The position numbers and the translations under genes are program-made. From Candidatus Eiseniibacteriota bacterium (GTDB taxonomy: Bacteria > Eisenbacteria > RBG-16-71-46 > CAVPCR01), in contig CAVPCR010000001.1 in NCBI GenBank assembly GCA_963702435.1, positions 288,001 to 352,000 on the forward strand: a stretch of DNA of 64,000 nt, given 5' to 3'. The notes beneath the pieces are model-generated. The model made no database searches, had not been told where the DNA came from, and saw nothing but the letters and a program-made list of their open reading frames with translations. Every line of letters begins with the position of its first letter. Positions within the stretch are counted from its first letter, which is position 1. This document shows positions 1 through 9,336 of this stretch, piece by piece.

Positions 1-2913
1 GGTGAGGTCGACTCGAAGCGTGTCGTAGTTGTCCTCGACCGTGAGCTCGAGGCGGAGGAGCGCCGGGACGGCCGACCCGCCCAGGCTGAACGCATAGCTC
101 CCGCTTCCGCGCTGGCCGGGGTCGAGCGTGCCGTAGGCTGCGAAGCCGTCGGTCACCGTCACCGCCGGATCCGGGAGCCCCGTGTTCCGGTTGAGCACGC
201 GGAGCCGCCCCTCGATGCCGACGCCCTGGCCGATTCCGTCGTTCCGGAGCTCGACCGTGTAGCCCACGTCCTCGCCGGGCTCGATCAGAGCGTTCCCGTT
301 GCCGCCGGGCGGCGGATCGCTCCAGGCGTGCGCGTACTGCGTCGTGCGTACGGCGTAGACCGGGAGCACGAAGATGTCGGACCAGTTCCCCTGGTCGGTC
401 GTCAAGTCGATGCGGAACCGGGGCAGGAAGTCGAGCGGCGCGGTCATCTTGACGCGCACCACGTGGGACTGGCCGTGCACGGTGCCGCCGGGCGGCACGT
501 TCGGGTAGGTGACGGGCGGCGTCGAGAAGATCGAGACGTGCTCGGCGCCGTACTCGCAGACGAGGGTCGCCGTCACATTGGTGGCGGCGGCGAGGCCCGT
601 GTTCCGGAGGAAGGCGTCGAGCCACACGGTCTCGCCCGGGTTGGTCTGCCCGTCGTCGTTGCCGACCGAGCCGCCGGACAGGTCATCGTCGACGTTGACA
701 TCCTGCACGTAGAGGAAGGGCGGGGTCGAGGCCACGATCTGCATGGTCGCCGTGTAGGGCAGGTAGTTGCGGCGGGCCGCCGTGACCTGGGCGAGGCCGG
801 GGGCCTCGGGATCGAAGGGCAGGGCGGAGATCCCGTTCACGGCGGTCTGGCCCTTCTTGTAGTCCTGCCCCGGCGCCCACAGGGTGACGGTCGCCGCCGC
901 GACCGGGCTCCCGCCGGCGCGCACCGTGGTCACGACGACGCCGGTGCCCAGAGCGAGCGTGTCGGGATGCTCGGCGACGAGGGGCTCGGGCCGGTTGGTC
1001 CACAGGGGCAGATCCGGATCGCCGAGCAGGATGAGCGCGAACTGGGTCCAGCGATCCGGCGAGTCGTTGTGCGACTGGTTCACCCACGGCAGCCGGGAGT
1101 GGAACAGGCACTCCCCGGCGGTGCCGACCGAGTCGGCGAAGGCGAGGCGGTAGAACTCGTTCTGGTAGCGGCGCGAGACGAAGGGGTAGGCGAGGCGCGT
1201 GGTGCCGACGTACCCGGTGGCGCCGCCGTTCTCGTTCTTGAGCCAGCGCTCGCCGATCGCGTTGTAGTCGATCGAGGCGGAGCTGCAGTTGATGGCGAAG
1301 AGGAACGCATGGCGGGGACCGTTCACGAGCCCGTCCACATCCTGGTTGTTGATGTCGGGGCCGTCGCCGACCGACATCGTGTTCCGGAAACCGTGGCCGA
1401 CGTGGTGGACCCAGCCGAAGCCCGCGTCGATCGAGTCGAGCGCCGCCGCCTTGGTGAGCGGGATCGAGCCGGGGAAGTTCGCCGAGTTCTCGTACATGCG
1501 CACGCGGCGCATCCAGGGGTGGAGGAGGGCGACCGCATCCTCGGCGATGGTGGCCCCGTCGGAGGTCGCGTTGAGCTCCTCGGCGAGGAAGACGATCGAG
1601 GCCGGGTAGCGTGCATCCACGGGCGGCGTCCGCTCGTAGGCGAGGGTCTTCGCGACGAAGACCTGGGCCTCGGCCAGGGTGGCCACCGGGGCGCGGCCGA
1701 CATAGAGCTCGGGTTCGAGATCCACGATGTCGACGGTCGCCTCCCCCATCCGGTCGTCCTTGTCGGCGTTCCAGTTGCCCTCGAGACAGGCGAAGTAGAG
1801 ATCGGTGGGCAGGATCCGCGAGGGCTCGTCGGGGAGAACGTACAGCTCGGAGTACACGTAGCGCGTGGGGATCACCTCGGTGTCGCCGCCAAGGAGCACC
1901 CACATCGTGTCCCAGTTGTCGTAGGCATCCTGGAGGAAGAAGCGCACCTGCTCGGCGCGATCGGCCCCGTTCGGATAGCTGTCGGCGATCCACTCCATGG
2001 TGACGACGGCGGCGGCGAGCCCCTTCCGCGTCTTCCAGTCGGCCAGCGGCTCGAACGCGGGGCGCATCGCCTCGTTCGTGATGATGACGTAGGTCACCGG
2101 CGACCCGTCGGTGGAGGGCGGGAAGGTCGGTGCGAGGGGAGTCGCCCCGGCCGGAGGATCGAAGCGCGCCGCTGCCGCGGGCGGGCGGCCGAGCACGCGA
2201 TCGAGGAGCGCATCGAAGCGTTCCGTGACCGCCGGGACGATGCGCCGGCGCTCGCGCGGGCGATCGGCGGCCGGCGCGAGCGCGAGGCGGAAGCGGACCG
2301 ACTCGGCGAAGCGGAGCTCGCCGCTTGCCGCGTTGTAGCGCGCGGGCGCGAGCTCGATCGTCAGGAGGCGATGGCCGCGCAGGAACCCCTCGCCGGCGAG
2401 CCGGGCCCAGGCTCCGGGGGTCATCGCATCCCGGGCGTAGAGCGCCGCATTGCGCGGCGGGACCGGAAAGACCTGCTCGCCGAAGGCCGGCGGCGCGACC
2501 GGGGCGATATCGGCGCCGGTCGCGATCACGCGCTCCTCGACGGCGGTCACCTCGATGCCCGTCGCGGTGAGCTCGACGGGGATCTCGATGCGGACGGGAA
2601 TGCGGGGCAGCGCGGGGCCGCCCTCCGCTTCGGCCCGCACGAGCGCATCGGAATAGGCGACCGCGGTGCCGTCCGGCCCGGGCGTGAGAACGAGCGCGTC
2701 CGGATCGAACCGCACGACGAAGCCGTCGCCGTCGGGGACGGCCACCACGCGCGCCGCGGGCGACGGCACGCCCGCCGGAGCGAGCGCCTGCGCCGCCGGC
2801 GGCGCGATCGCACCCGCGAGGAGTGCGCAGTGAACATGGCGATATGGCGAGCCCGAGGAAACAATGCGGGCACGCACCCGCCCCGCTTCCACACGGTCGG
2901 TCCTACCTTGCAT
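1..2913 (-). CDS. Peptidase C25 (gingipain-family) cysteine protease with propeptide and Ig-like domains; runs off the left window edge
   Basis: Minus-strand frame antisense to shadow ORF 328..3093. ATG at 2913 follows GGGGAG. Reads ...HVGHGFRNTMSVG...FAINCSSASIDYNAIGERWLKNENGGATGYVGTTR (catalytic His and Cys contexts) and ILLGDPDL, typical of C25. Confidence 0.85.
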   Translation of the reverse strand, partial: MQGRTDRVEAGRVRARIVSSGSPYRHVHCALLAGAIAPPAAQALAPAGVPSPAARVVAVPDGDGFVVRFDPDALVLTPGPDGTAVAYSDALVRAEAEGGPALPRIPVRIEIPVELTATGIEVTAVEERVIATGADIAPVAPPAFGEQVFPVPPRNAALYARDAMTPGAWARLAGEGFLRGHRLLTIELAPARYNAASGELRFAESVRFRLALAPAADRPRERRRIVPAVTERFDALLDRVLGRPPAAAARFDPPAGATPLAPTFPPSTDGSPVTYVIITNEAMRPAFEPLADWKTRKGLAAAVVTMEWIADSYPNGADRAEQVRFFLQDAYDNWDTMWVLLGGDTEVIPTRYVYSELYVLPDEPSRILPTDLYFACLEGNWNADKDDRMGEATVDIVDLEPELYVGRAPVATLAEAQVFVAKTLAYERTPPVDARYPASIVFLAEELNATSDGATIAEDAVALLHPWMRRVRMYENSANFPGSIPLTKAAALDSIDAGFGWVHHVGHGFRNTMSVGDGPDINNQDVDGLVNGPRHAFLFAINCSSASIDYNAIGERWLKNENGGATGYVGTTRLAYPFVSRRYQNEFYRLAFADSVGTAGECLFHSRLPWVNQSHNDSPDRWTQFALILLGDPDLPLWTNRPEPLVAEHPDTLALGTGVVVTTVRAGGSPVAAATVTLWAPGQDYKKGQTAVNGISALPFDPEAPGLAQVTAARRNYLPYTATMQIVASTPPFLYVQDVNVDDDLSGGSVGNDDGQTNPGETVWLDAFLRNTGLAAATNVTATLVCEYGAEHVSIFSTPPVTYPNVPPGGTVHGQSHVVRVKMTAPLDFLPRFRIDLTTDQGNWSDIFVLPVYAVRTTQYAHAWSDPPPGGNGNALIEPGEDVGYTVELRNDGIGQGVGIEGRLRVLNRNTGLPDPAVTVTDGFAAYGTLDPGQRGSGSYAFSLGGSAVPALLRLELTVEDNYDTLRVDLT

Positions 2914-3186
2914 CGCTCCCCCAGTGCTTGCGCACGCCGCGCGCAACAGCTCACGCCATCGCGCCACGCGTGGGGCCTGATCGAACTCGAAAGGGATTCG
3001 CCCCGGGAGCCCACCCTGAAGCAGCCTTCGCTCCGGAACCGGGGTGGCTCCGAAGCAAGCTGGCTGCGGCCTCTAGAGCGGGCGTTTCCTTAGCAAGAAC
3101 CTGGGAGCCACCTCGGATGATCGGGGTGCGGGTGTGGAGGTCGCCGGTCGGGGGACCAGCGGTCCAGGATCCGGCGGTTAGGAGGA

Positions 3187-3215
3187 ACTATAGCAGAAGG
3201 CCGCGAATCTGTCAA
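3187..3215 (-). promoter_or_regulatory. sigma70-type promoter for the C25 gene
   Basis: TTGACA-17 nt-TATAGT on the minus strand in a locally AT-rich patch. Confidence 0.75.
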
Positions 3216-3293
3216 CTAATGGGTGAATTCATAAAGACTTAGACAGGCGGCAGCAGCCCGCCGGCCGGCGCCCGGACTGGGCCCTGTCCGGCC

Positions 3294-4265
3294 CTAGCGG
3301 CCGAGGCGGGCCTTCAACGCCGCCGTGAGCTTCGGCACGACCTCGAAGAGGTCGCCGACGATCCCGTAGTTCGCGACCTTGAAGATGGGCGCTTCCGCGT
3401 CCTTGTTGATGGCGACGATCACGTCCGAGTTGCGCATGCCCGCGAGGTGCTGGATCGCCCCCGAGATCCCGATCGCGATGTAGAGCCGCGGGGTCACCGT
3501 GCGCCCGGTCTGGCCGACCTGATGCACGTACGGGATCCAGCCCGCGTCGACGACCGCGCGCGAGGCCCCGACCGCGGCCTTGAGCACGGTCGCCAGGTCG
3601 CGCACCACCGCGAAGTTCTCGGGCTTCTGGAGGCCGCGACCGCCCGAGACCACGATCTCGGCATCCTGCAGGTTCACCTCGCCCGCCCCACCGGTCAGGA
3701 CCTCGACGACATGCGCTGCGGCGATCTCATCCGGCGTCACGGAGGCCGGCACCGTCACGACCGTTCCCGTCTTCCCGTCGGCGGCCGGCGGCGGCGGGAA
3801 GGCCTTCGGGCGCACGGCGGCCACGGCCGGCTTCGCGAGCGAGGTGACCTCGGCGGTGCGATTGCCGCCGAAGCAGGGACGCTCGAAGCGGAAGCCGTCG
3901 CCGGCAGCGTCGATCGCGGTCACATCCACGGCGAGCCCGGTGTCGAGAGCAGCGGCGAGTCCGGCCGCGAGCTCCTTGCCGCGGAAGGTGGCGGCGAGGA
4001 GCACGAGATCGGGCGTCTCGCGCGCCGCGACCTCGGCGGCGATGCGCACGTACGGCGTGAACCGATACTCCGCGAGGTCGGCGTGCTCGGCCGCGAGCAC
4101 GCGACCGACGCCGCGGGCGAAGAGCGCCGGCGCGAGGGCCGCGACCCGGGCGCCGAGGACGAGGCAGTCCACCGTGCCGCCGAGAGCGGCGGCCTTGCCC
4201 GCGAGCTCGAACGTGACCGGCGCGATCTGGTCGCCCTCCAGCTCCGCAATGATGAGAGTCTTCAT
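3294..4265 (-). CDS. etfA: Electron transfer flavoprotein subunit alpha
   Basis: [53 protein letters not shown] motifs. Confidence 0.95.
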   Translation of the reverse strand: MKTLIIAELEGDQIAPVTFELAGKAAALGGTVDCLVLGARVAALAPALFARGVGRVLAAEHADLAEYRFTPYVRIAAEVAARETPDLVLLAATFRGKELAAGLAAALDTGLAVDVTAIDAAGDGFRFERPCFGGNRTAEVTSLAKPAVAAVRPKAFPPPPAADGKTGTVVTVPASVTPDEIAAAHVVEVLTGGAGEVNLQDAEIVVSGGRGLQKPENFAVVRDLATVLKAAVGASRAVVDAGWIPYVHQVGQTGRTVTPRLYIAIGISGAIQHLAGMRNSDVIVAINKDAEAPIFKVANYGIVGDLFEVVPKLTAALKARLGR

Positions 4266-4281
4266 GGCGCCCCCTCCTCCC

Positions 4282-5079
4282 CTAGCCGATCACCTTGGTC
4301 CCGGCGAGCCGCTCGACGAGCGCGGCCACCGCCGCATCGGCATCCCCGGTGAGCACCTCACCCGCGGCGCGCGCCGGCGGCATCCCGATCTCTCCGACGC
4401 GCACCGCCGAGCCGGCGAGCCCGACCCGGGCCGGTTCGAGCCCGAGGTCGGCCGGGGTCCACACCGGGATCTCCTTCTTCGCCGCCTTGCGGATGTTGAT
4501 GAGCGACGGATAACGCGGCTGGTTCATGTCCTTCTCGGCGGTGAGGACGAGCGGGAGCTTCGCCTTCACCACCTCGCGCCCCTGATCGAGCGTGCGCTCG
4601 GCCGTGAGGAGGCGCGCCTTCCAGTCGACGCTCACCACCTTGGTGACGAGCGAGAGCACCGGGATCCCGAGCATGGCGGCGAGACGCGGGCCGACCTGAT
4701 GCATCTCGCCGTCGATCGCCCGCTTCCCGCAGAGGATCACATCGAAGGCCCCGATCTTCTGGATGGCCGCGGCGAGCGTCCGCGCCGTGGCGCGGCCGTC
4801 CGCGCCCGCGAACGCCGCGTGGTCGAGGAGCACCGCATCGTCGGCGCCCATCGCCAGGCACTCGCGGAGCGCCTCCTTGGTGCGCTCGGGCCCCATGGCG
4901 AGCACCACCACCTTGCCGCCGTCCTGCTCGCGCATGCGGATCGCTTCCTCGACCGCGAACTGGTCGAAGGGATTCAGGATCTTGGTGGCCTTGTCGATGT
5001 TGAGGACCTGGGTCGCTGCGTCCCACTCGACCTGGTTCGGCGTCTCGGCGACCTGCTTGATGCAGACGATTGCGATCAT
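4282..5079 (-). CDS. etfB: Electron transfer flavoprotein subunit beta
   Basis: MIAIVCIKQV..., NPFDQFAVEEA, LAMGADDA, PRYPSL; GGGGAGG RBS before ATG 5079. Confidence 0.95.
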   Translation of the reverse strand: MIAIVCIKQVAETPNQVEWDAATQVLNIDKATKILNPFDQFAVEEAIRMREQDGGKVVVLAMGPERTKEALRECLAMGADDAVLLDHAAFAGADGRATARTLAAAIQKIGAFDVILCGKRAIDGEMHQVGPRLAAMLGIPVLSLVTKVVSVDWKARLLTAERTLDQGREVVKAKLPLVLTAEKDMNQPRYPSLINIRKAAKKEIPVWTPADLGLEPARVGLAGSAVRVGEIGMPPARAAGEVLTGDADAAVAALVERLAGTKVIG

Positions 5080-5117
5080 CCTCCCCCCCCTCGCTCGTTC
5101 GTGCGAGCTGCCCGTCA

Positions 5118-5194
5118 CTCGCTCACTCGACCGGATTGGCGCTCGCTCACTCGACCGGATTGGCGCTCGCTCACTCGACCGGATTGGCGCTCGC
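5118..5194. repeat. 24-bp tandem repeat, 3.2 copies (ctcgctcactcgaccggattggcg)
   Basis: Exact copies at 5118, 5142 and 5166; the unit contains the stop codon of the LeuA-like gene. Confidence 0.95.
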
Positions 5195-6457
5195 CGGGCG
5201 GGCCGGTGTCGCCCCCCAGCCCAAGCCCGCCGCGGTCAGGACCGCGCGGATCTCCTCGTCGGTGAGAATGCGATCGGATTCCTTGGCGCGAGCGATCACG
5301 CCGGCGACGAGCGCCGGATCGGCCCCGATCCCGTGCTGCTCGAGCCAGTGGATGACGTTCGACTCTCCGGACATGGGGCCGATCTCGATCTTCTGCTCGA
5401 GGCCGACCCAGTGGGCCGGCACTCCCGAGTAGACCAGATCGGCGAGCCACACGTCGCCCTTGCGCATGGCCTTGATCACCGCCGCCGCGTGCACCCCGGT
5501 GCCGGTGCGGAAGGCGTCGCTGCCGACGATCGGGTAGTTGATGGGGATCGCCACGCCGACCGCGCGGGAGATGGCCCGGCAGTACTCGCCGAGCGCCGAG
5601 AGATCGTTCCTGATCCAGCCGAATAGGCGCAGATTGACGAGGAGCTGATCGAGCGGCGTGTTGCCGACGCGCTCGCCGATCCCGATCCCGGTGCCGTGCA
5701 CGCGGTCCACCCCGGTGCGCACGGCGACGATCGAGTTGATGACCCCGAGCCCGCGATCGTTGTGGCCGTGCCAGTCGAGCTTGACGTCGGCACTCTCGGC
5801 GTCGATGAGATCGCGCGCGAAGCGGACCAGCGCCTCGACCCCGCGCGGCGTGACGTGGCCGACCGTGTCGCACAGGCAGAGCCGGGAGGCCCCGGCGTGG
5901 ATCGCGGCCTTGAACAGCTTGGCCAGGGTATCGGGGTGGGCGCGCGTCGTGTCCTCGGTCACGTACATGACCGGGATGCCGTGCTTGACGCCGTAGCTGA
6001 CCGCTTCCTCGGTGTGGCGGAGAAGGCGCTCGATCGACCAGTCCTCCGCGTACTGGCGGATCGGGCTCGAGCCGATGAAGGTGCACGCCTCGACCGGGAT
6101 GCCGAGCCGCTCGGAGATCTCGATGACCGGCGTGATGTCCTTGATCAGGGTGCGACAGGCGCAGTTCGGCCGGATCTTGAGCCTCGACTGCACGATGTCG
6201 CGGACGAGGGCCTCGCAGGAGTGCGCGTGGCGCGGGCCCGCCCCCGGCAGGCCGACGTCCACCGACTGGACGCCGAGGCGATCCATGAGGTGCACGAGCT
6301 CGATCTTGCTCTCGATCGGCGGGTCGACCACGGACGGCGACTGCAGGCCGTCGCGCAGCGACTCGTCCACGAACTCGATGGGGCGCGGCCACTCACGCAC
6401 GTCGCCGCCGCGGATGTTCCAGTCGTAGATGAGCTGGGGCTTGGCCTCGACCGCCAT
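5171..6457 (-). CDS. LeuA-family (DRE-TIM) acyl-CoA condensing synthase (2-isopropylmalate/homocitrate/citramalate-type), no C-terminal regulatory domain
   Basis: DESLRDGLQ, LCDTVG, HGHNDRG, GIGERVGN motifs; start MAVEAKPQ chosen after a GGAG RBS. Confidence 0.85.
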   Translation of the reverse strand: MAVEAKPQLIYDWNIRGGDVREWPRPIEFVDESLRDGLQSPSVVDPPIESKIELVHLMDRLGVQSVDVGLPGAGPRHAHSCEALVRDIVQSRLKIRPNCACRTLIKDITPVIEISERLGIPVEACTFIGSSPIRQYAEDWSIERLLRHTEEAVSYGVKHGIPVMYVTEDTTRAHPDTLAKLFKAAIHAGASRLCLCDTVGHVTPRGVEALVRFARDLIDAESADVKLDWHGHNDRGLGVINSIVAVRTGVDRVHGTGIGIGERVGNTPLDQLLVNLRLFGWIRNDLSALGEYCRAISRAVGVAIPINYPIVGSDAFRTGTGVHAAAVIKAMRKGDVWLADLVYSGVPAHWVGLEQKIEIGPMSGESNVIHWLEQHGIGADPALVAGVIARAKESDRILTDEEIRAVLTAAGLGWGATPARPASANPVE

Positions 6458-6720
6458 GCTTCGCGTCTCCTCTGGCGCCGTGGTCCCTCGTGAGCGGCGT
6501 CGGATGCTGTCTCGCTCGCGTCGAATGCTCCGGCGGGAACTCCGGAATCTAGCAAGCCCCGGCGGCCGGCGCAACCGGGCGGCGCCGCGGGAGGGGCGCC
6601 GGCGACGCCGGCGCACGGCACGCGATCGGGGCATCTCGCGCCGCGCGCGGGCGGCCTTCTTGCACAACATGAGGAGCGGAGTCGCCATGCCGCGCGCCGT
6701 CCGCTGCGCGCGAAGGAGCA

Positions 6721-8130
6721 GCACCCATCGACGAAACTTCGCCGCGATCTCATCTTCGGGGACTCGCCGCGCTCCTCGGCGCGCTCGTCCTCGCCGCCGG
6801 AGCGGCGCCGAGCGCGGGGGAAACCACCGAGAGCGCGGTGGAACTCACCCTGCCGCTCAGCGCCATCTGGCACGTCGCCCTGGGGGAGGTCGCCCTCTCG
6901 TCCTGGCGCGCGCCGCTTCGTGACGAGGTCCTCCTCCTGCCGGCGGCGGACGGAGTCGAGGCGCGCGCGGCGCGCACGGGGGACCTCCTCTGGCGGGCGG
7001 ACCTCGGTACGCTGTCGCCACGCGCGGCCGCCTATCGCGAGGATCTCGTCCTCGTCGGCGGCGTGGCACCCGTCGGGGAACCCGATCTCATCGCGCTCGA
7101 CGCGGCGACGGGGGCAGTGCGCTTCGGGGTGCGGCTCGGCGGCGTCTTCGCGGCGCCGGTTCCCACCCCGGACGGGTTCGTCGCGGCGTCCACGCATGCC
7201 CTCGCCGCGTTCGATGCGGCGGGGACGCGGCTCTGGCAGGTGGACTTCCCGCGCACGGCGGACGGCTATCCGGGCGGACCCGGGCTCGCGCGCCCGGCGC
7301 TCCTCGGGGACCTGGTCCTCGCCGGCGCCGCCGATGCGCACCTCCATGCGTTCGCCCTCGCCGGCGGACACCACGTCTGGTCGGCGCCGCTCCCCCGCCG
7401 TCTTCTCGCCGGCGTCGCGACCGACGGCGCGCAGGCCATCGTCGCCACGCTCGATGCGATCATCGCCTTCGATGCGCTCGGCCGCGAGCGCTGGCGGCGC
7501 GCGATCGCGGGCGACCCCGCGTATGCCACACCCACCGTCGCGGGCGGCCTCGTCTACGCCGCGACCGGCACCGGCGGCGCGGTCGTCGCGCTCGATGCGG
7601 CGGACGGGCGTCTCGTCTGGACCGCCGAGCTCGGCGCCGACTCCTACAGCCATCCCGCGATCACGCGCGAGCACGTGCTTGTCGGCGACATGACGAGCCG
7701 GCTCCTCGCGCTCGAGCGCCAGAGCGGCGCGATCGCGTGGTCCACCGGCCTCCTCGGGAGCGGCGGCGTCTATCTCGCCGATCCGGTCGTCGCCGACAGC
7801 CTGGTCGGGGTCGGCACCGCCGACGGCACCTTCGAGGTGCTCGCGTCGGATCCGGCCGCGGCGCCACCCGCCCGCGCGGCGCTCCGCTTCGCCCCGAACC
7901 CGTTCCGGGACGAGGTGACGATCCTCGGGGGCGAGAGCGCCGGCGCGGCGCGGCTCCTCGTCTTCGATGCGAGCGGGCGCCTTCGCCGTGCGATCGTGGT
8001 CGCCGCCGGCTCGCCGCCGCGCTGGGATGGACGGGACGGCCGGGGCCGCGCGGTTCCGGCCGGAACGTACTTCCTCCGGTTCGTTGACGGGAGCGGCCCG
8101 CGCGCGGGGAAGGTCGAGTGCCTCCGCTAA
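6721..8130 (+). CDS. Secreted PQQ-like beta-propeller protein with C-terminal FlgD-Ig/sorting domain (start uncertain)
   Basis: Repeated A(L/F)DAxxGxxxW blades; C-terminal APNPFRDEV...FDASGR...WDGRDGRG...GTYFLR. In-frame hydrophobic signal (LAALLGALVLAAGA) upstream of 6838 has no in-frame ATG. Confidence 0.75.
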   Translation, partial: APIDETSPRSHLRGLAALLGALVLAAGAAPSAGETTESAVELTLPLSAIWHVALGEVALSSWRAPLRDEVLLLPAADGVEARAARTGDLLWRADLGTLSPRAAAYREDLVLVGGVAPVGEPDLIALDAATGAVRFGVRLGGVFAAPVPTPDGFVAASTHALAAFDAAGTRLWQVDFPRTADGYPGGPGLARPALLGDLVLAGAADAHLHAFALAGGHHVWSAPLPRRLLAGVATDGAQAIVATLDAIIAFDALGRERWRRAIAGDPAYATPTVAGGLVYAATGTGGAVVALDAADGRLVWTAELGADSYSHPAITREHVLVGDMTSRLLALERQSGAIAWSTGLLGSGGVYLADPVVADSLVGVGTADGTFEVLASDPAAAPPARAALRFAPNPFRDEVTILGGESAGAARLLVFDASGRLRRAIVVAAGSPPRWDGRDGRGRAVPAGTYFLRFVDGSGPRAGKVECLR

Positions 8131-8230
8131 CCGGACGCTGGAAGTCAACGGGCTGCCGGATGCACCGGACCGGCCTCACCGGATTGGAGGCCGGGCGACT
8201 CGGACGTCGTCGCCGGGACCGGGGCGGGGA

Positions 8231-9139
8231 TCAGCTCTTCGGCTTCGCGCCCGCCGCCGGCGCGGGAGTCGTCGCCGCGCCGCTCTTCAGCTCGTTCATC
8301 TTCAGCGCGCGCTCCTGGAGCTCCTTGTCGGCGTCTGCGATGATCTCGTCCATGAGCTTCGCATTCTCGAGCGCGCGTTCCGCGGTGGATGGGTCTGCCT
8401 GGGGGCCGGACCCGGCCAGCTCGGCGCACTTCCGCCAGGAGCGCGCCGCATCGCGGTAGAGACCCGACTCGGCGAAGGCGATGGCGAGCGAGTAGTACGA
8501 GTTCGGGAAGGCGGGATCGGCGCGGATGGCGGCGCGATAGGCATCGACCGCCGGCTCGTACTTCTTCTGCGTGAGCAGGATGTCGCCCAGGTTGATCTGG
8601 GCGAGCGCATCGTTCGGGTTCGCGGCCAGCGCCTTGCGGAACGACTCCTCTGCTTCCTCGGTGCGGGCGAGCTCCTTGAGCACGACGCCGCGGTTCACCC
8701 AGGCCCGCGAGCTGGTCGGATCGATCTGCGTCGCCCGGCCGTACTGGAGCAGGGCCGAGTGCAGGTGCCCCGCGCCGTGGTAGGCATTGCCGAGCTTGTA
8801 ACGGAGGTCGTAGTCGTCGGGCGACTTCTCGACCAGGACGAGGAGCGAGTCGATGTCCTTCTCGCGCGGATCGCTGACCTTGTTGAGATCGTGGCGCCGC
8901 GACTCCATCTCGACTTCCTGCTGGTCGAGCTCGGCCCGTCGTGCCGCCTGCTCGGCGGGGCTCAAGGTGTCCTTGGGCGCCGCGATCGTGCCGGCAGCGG
9001 CTGCCGCCGGCGGCGCCTCGGCCTCGGTGGCGGCGGCCGGAGCGAGAGCCACGACGATCGCGGCGAGCGCCGCGACCAGGACGTCGAGCGAGCGCAGGAC
9101 CGGACGACGATCGGCGACGAGAAGGCGGGCGGACGACAT
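8231..9139 (-). CDS. Secreted TPR-repeat protein
   Basis: Signal peptide, then about 4 TPR repeats (YKLGNAY..., AWVNRGVVL..., AQINLGDIL..., SYYSLAIAF...). Confidence 0.8.
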   Translation of the reverse strand: MSSARLLVADRRPVLRSLDVLVAALAAIVVALAPAAATEAEAPPAAAAAGTIAAPKDTLSPAEQAARRAELDQQEVEMESRRHDLNKVSDPREKDIDSLLVLVEKSPDDYDLRYKLGNAYHGAGHLHSALLQYGRATQIDPTSSRAWVNRGVVLKELARTEEAEESFRKALAANPNDALAQINLGDILLTQKKYEPAVDAYRAAIRADPAFPNSYYSLAIAFAESGLYRDAARSWRKCAELAGSGPQADPSTAERALENAKLMDEIIADADKELQERALKMNELKSGAATTPAPAAGAKPKS

Positions 9140-9223
9140 GGCGATCACTCCCCGGGGCGGCGCGGCCCGGACCGCAAGGACGTGGTGTACCGACAGCGAG
9201 GCCGACATGGCCAAGTACACATG

Positions 9224-9253
9224 AGAATAGGCGGTTGCCCCGGCGCCTGTCAA
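9224..9253 (-). promoter_or_regulatory. sigma70-type promoter for the TPR gene, back-to-back with a weaker + strand candidate (TTGACC-17-TATCCG, 9274-9302)
   Basis: TTGACA-18 nt-TATTCT on the minus strand. Confidence 0.55.
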
Positions 9254-9336
9254 ACCTACGCGCCGGGGTCCGGTTGACCGCGGCCGGGGCGCGTGGTATC
9301 CGGGGGAGGACCTGGCCGGTGCGGAAGGGAGAGACC

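Noticed and set aside
328..3093. 921-aa + strand ORF and similar long ORFs (27376-29472 -, 29716-31689 +, 39405-41180 +, 44265-45743 -, most of 49538-52201 +)
   Set aside because: Antisense shadows of real genes in high-GC DNA; the recognisable motifs are on the opposite strand.
5118..5194. Possible CRISPR arrays at the 24-, 18-, 30-, 36- and 73-bp repeats
   Set aside because: Units are head-to-tail or present only twice, with no series of unique spacers and no cas genes.
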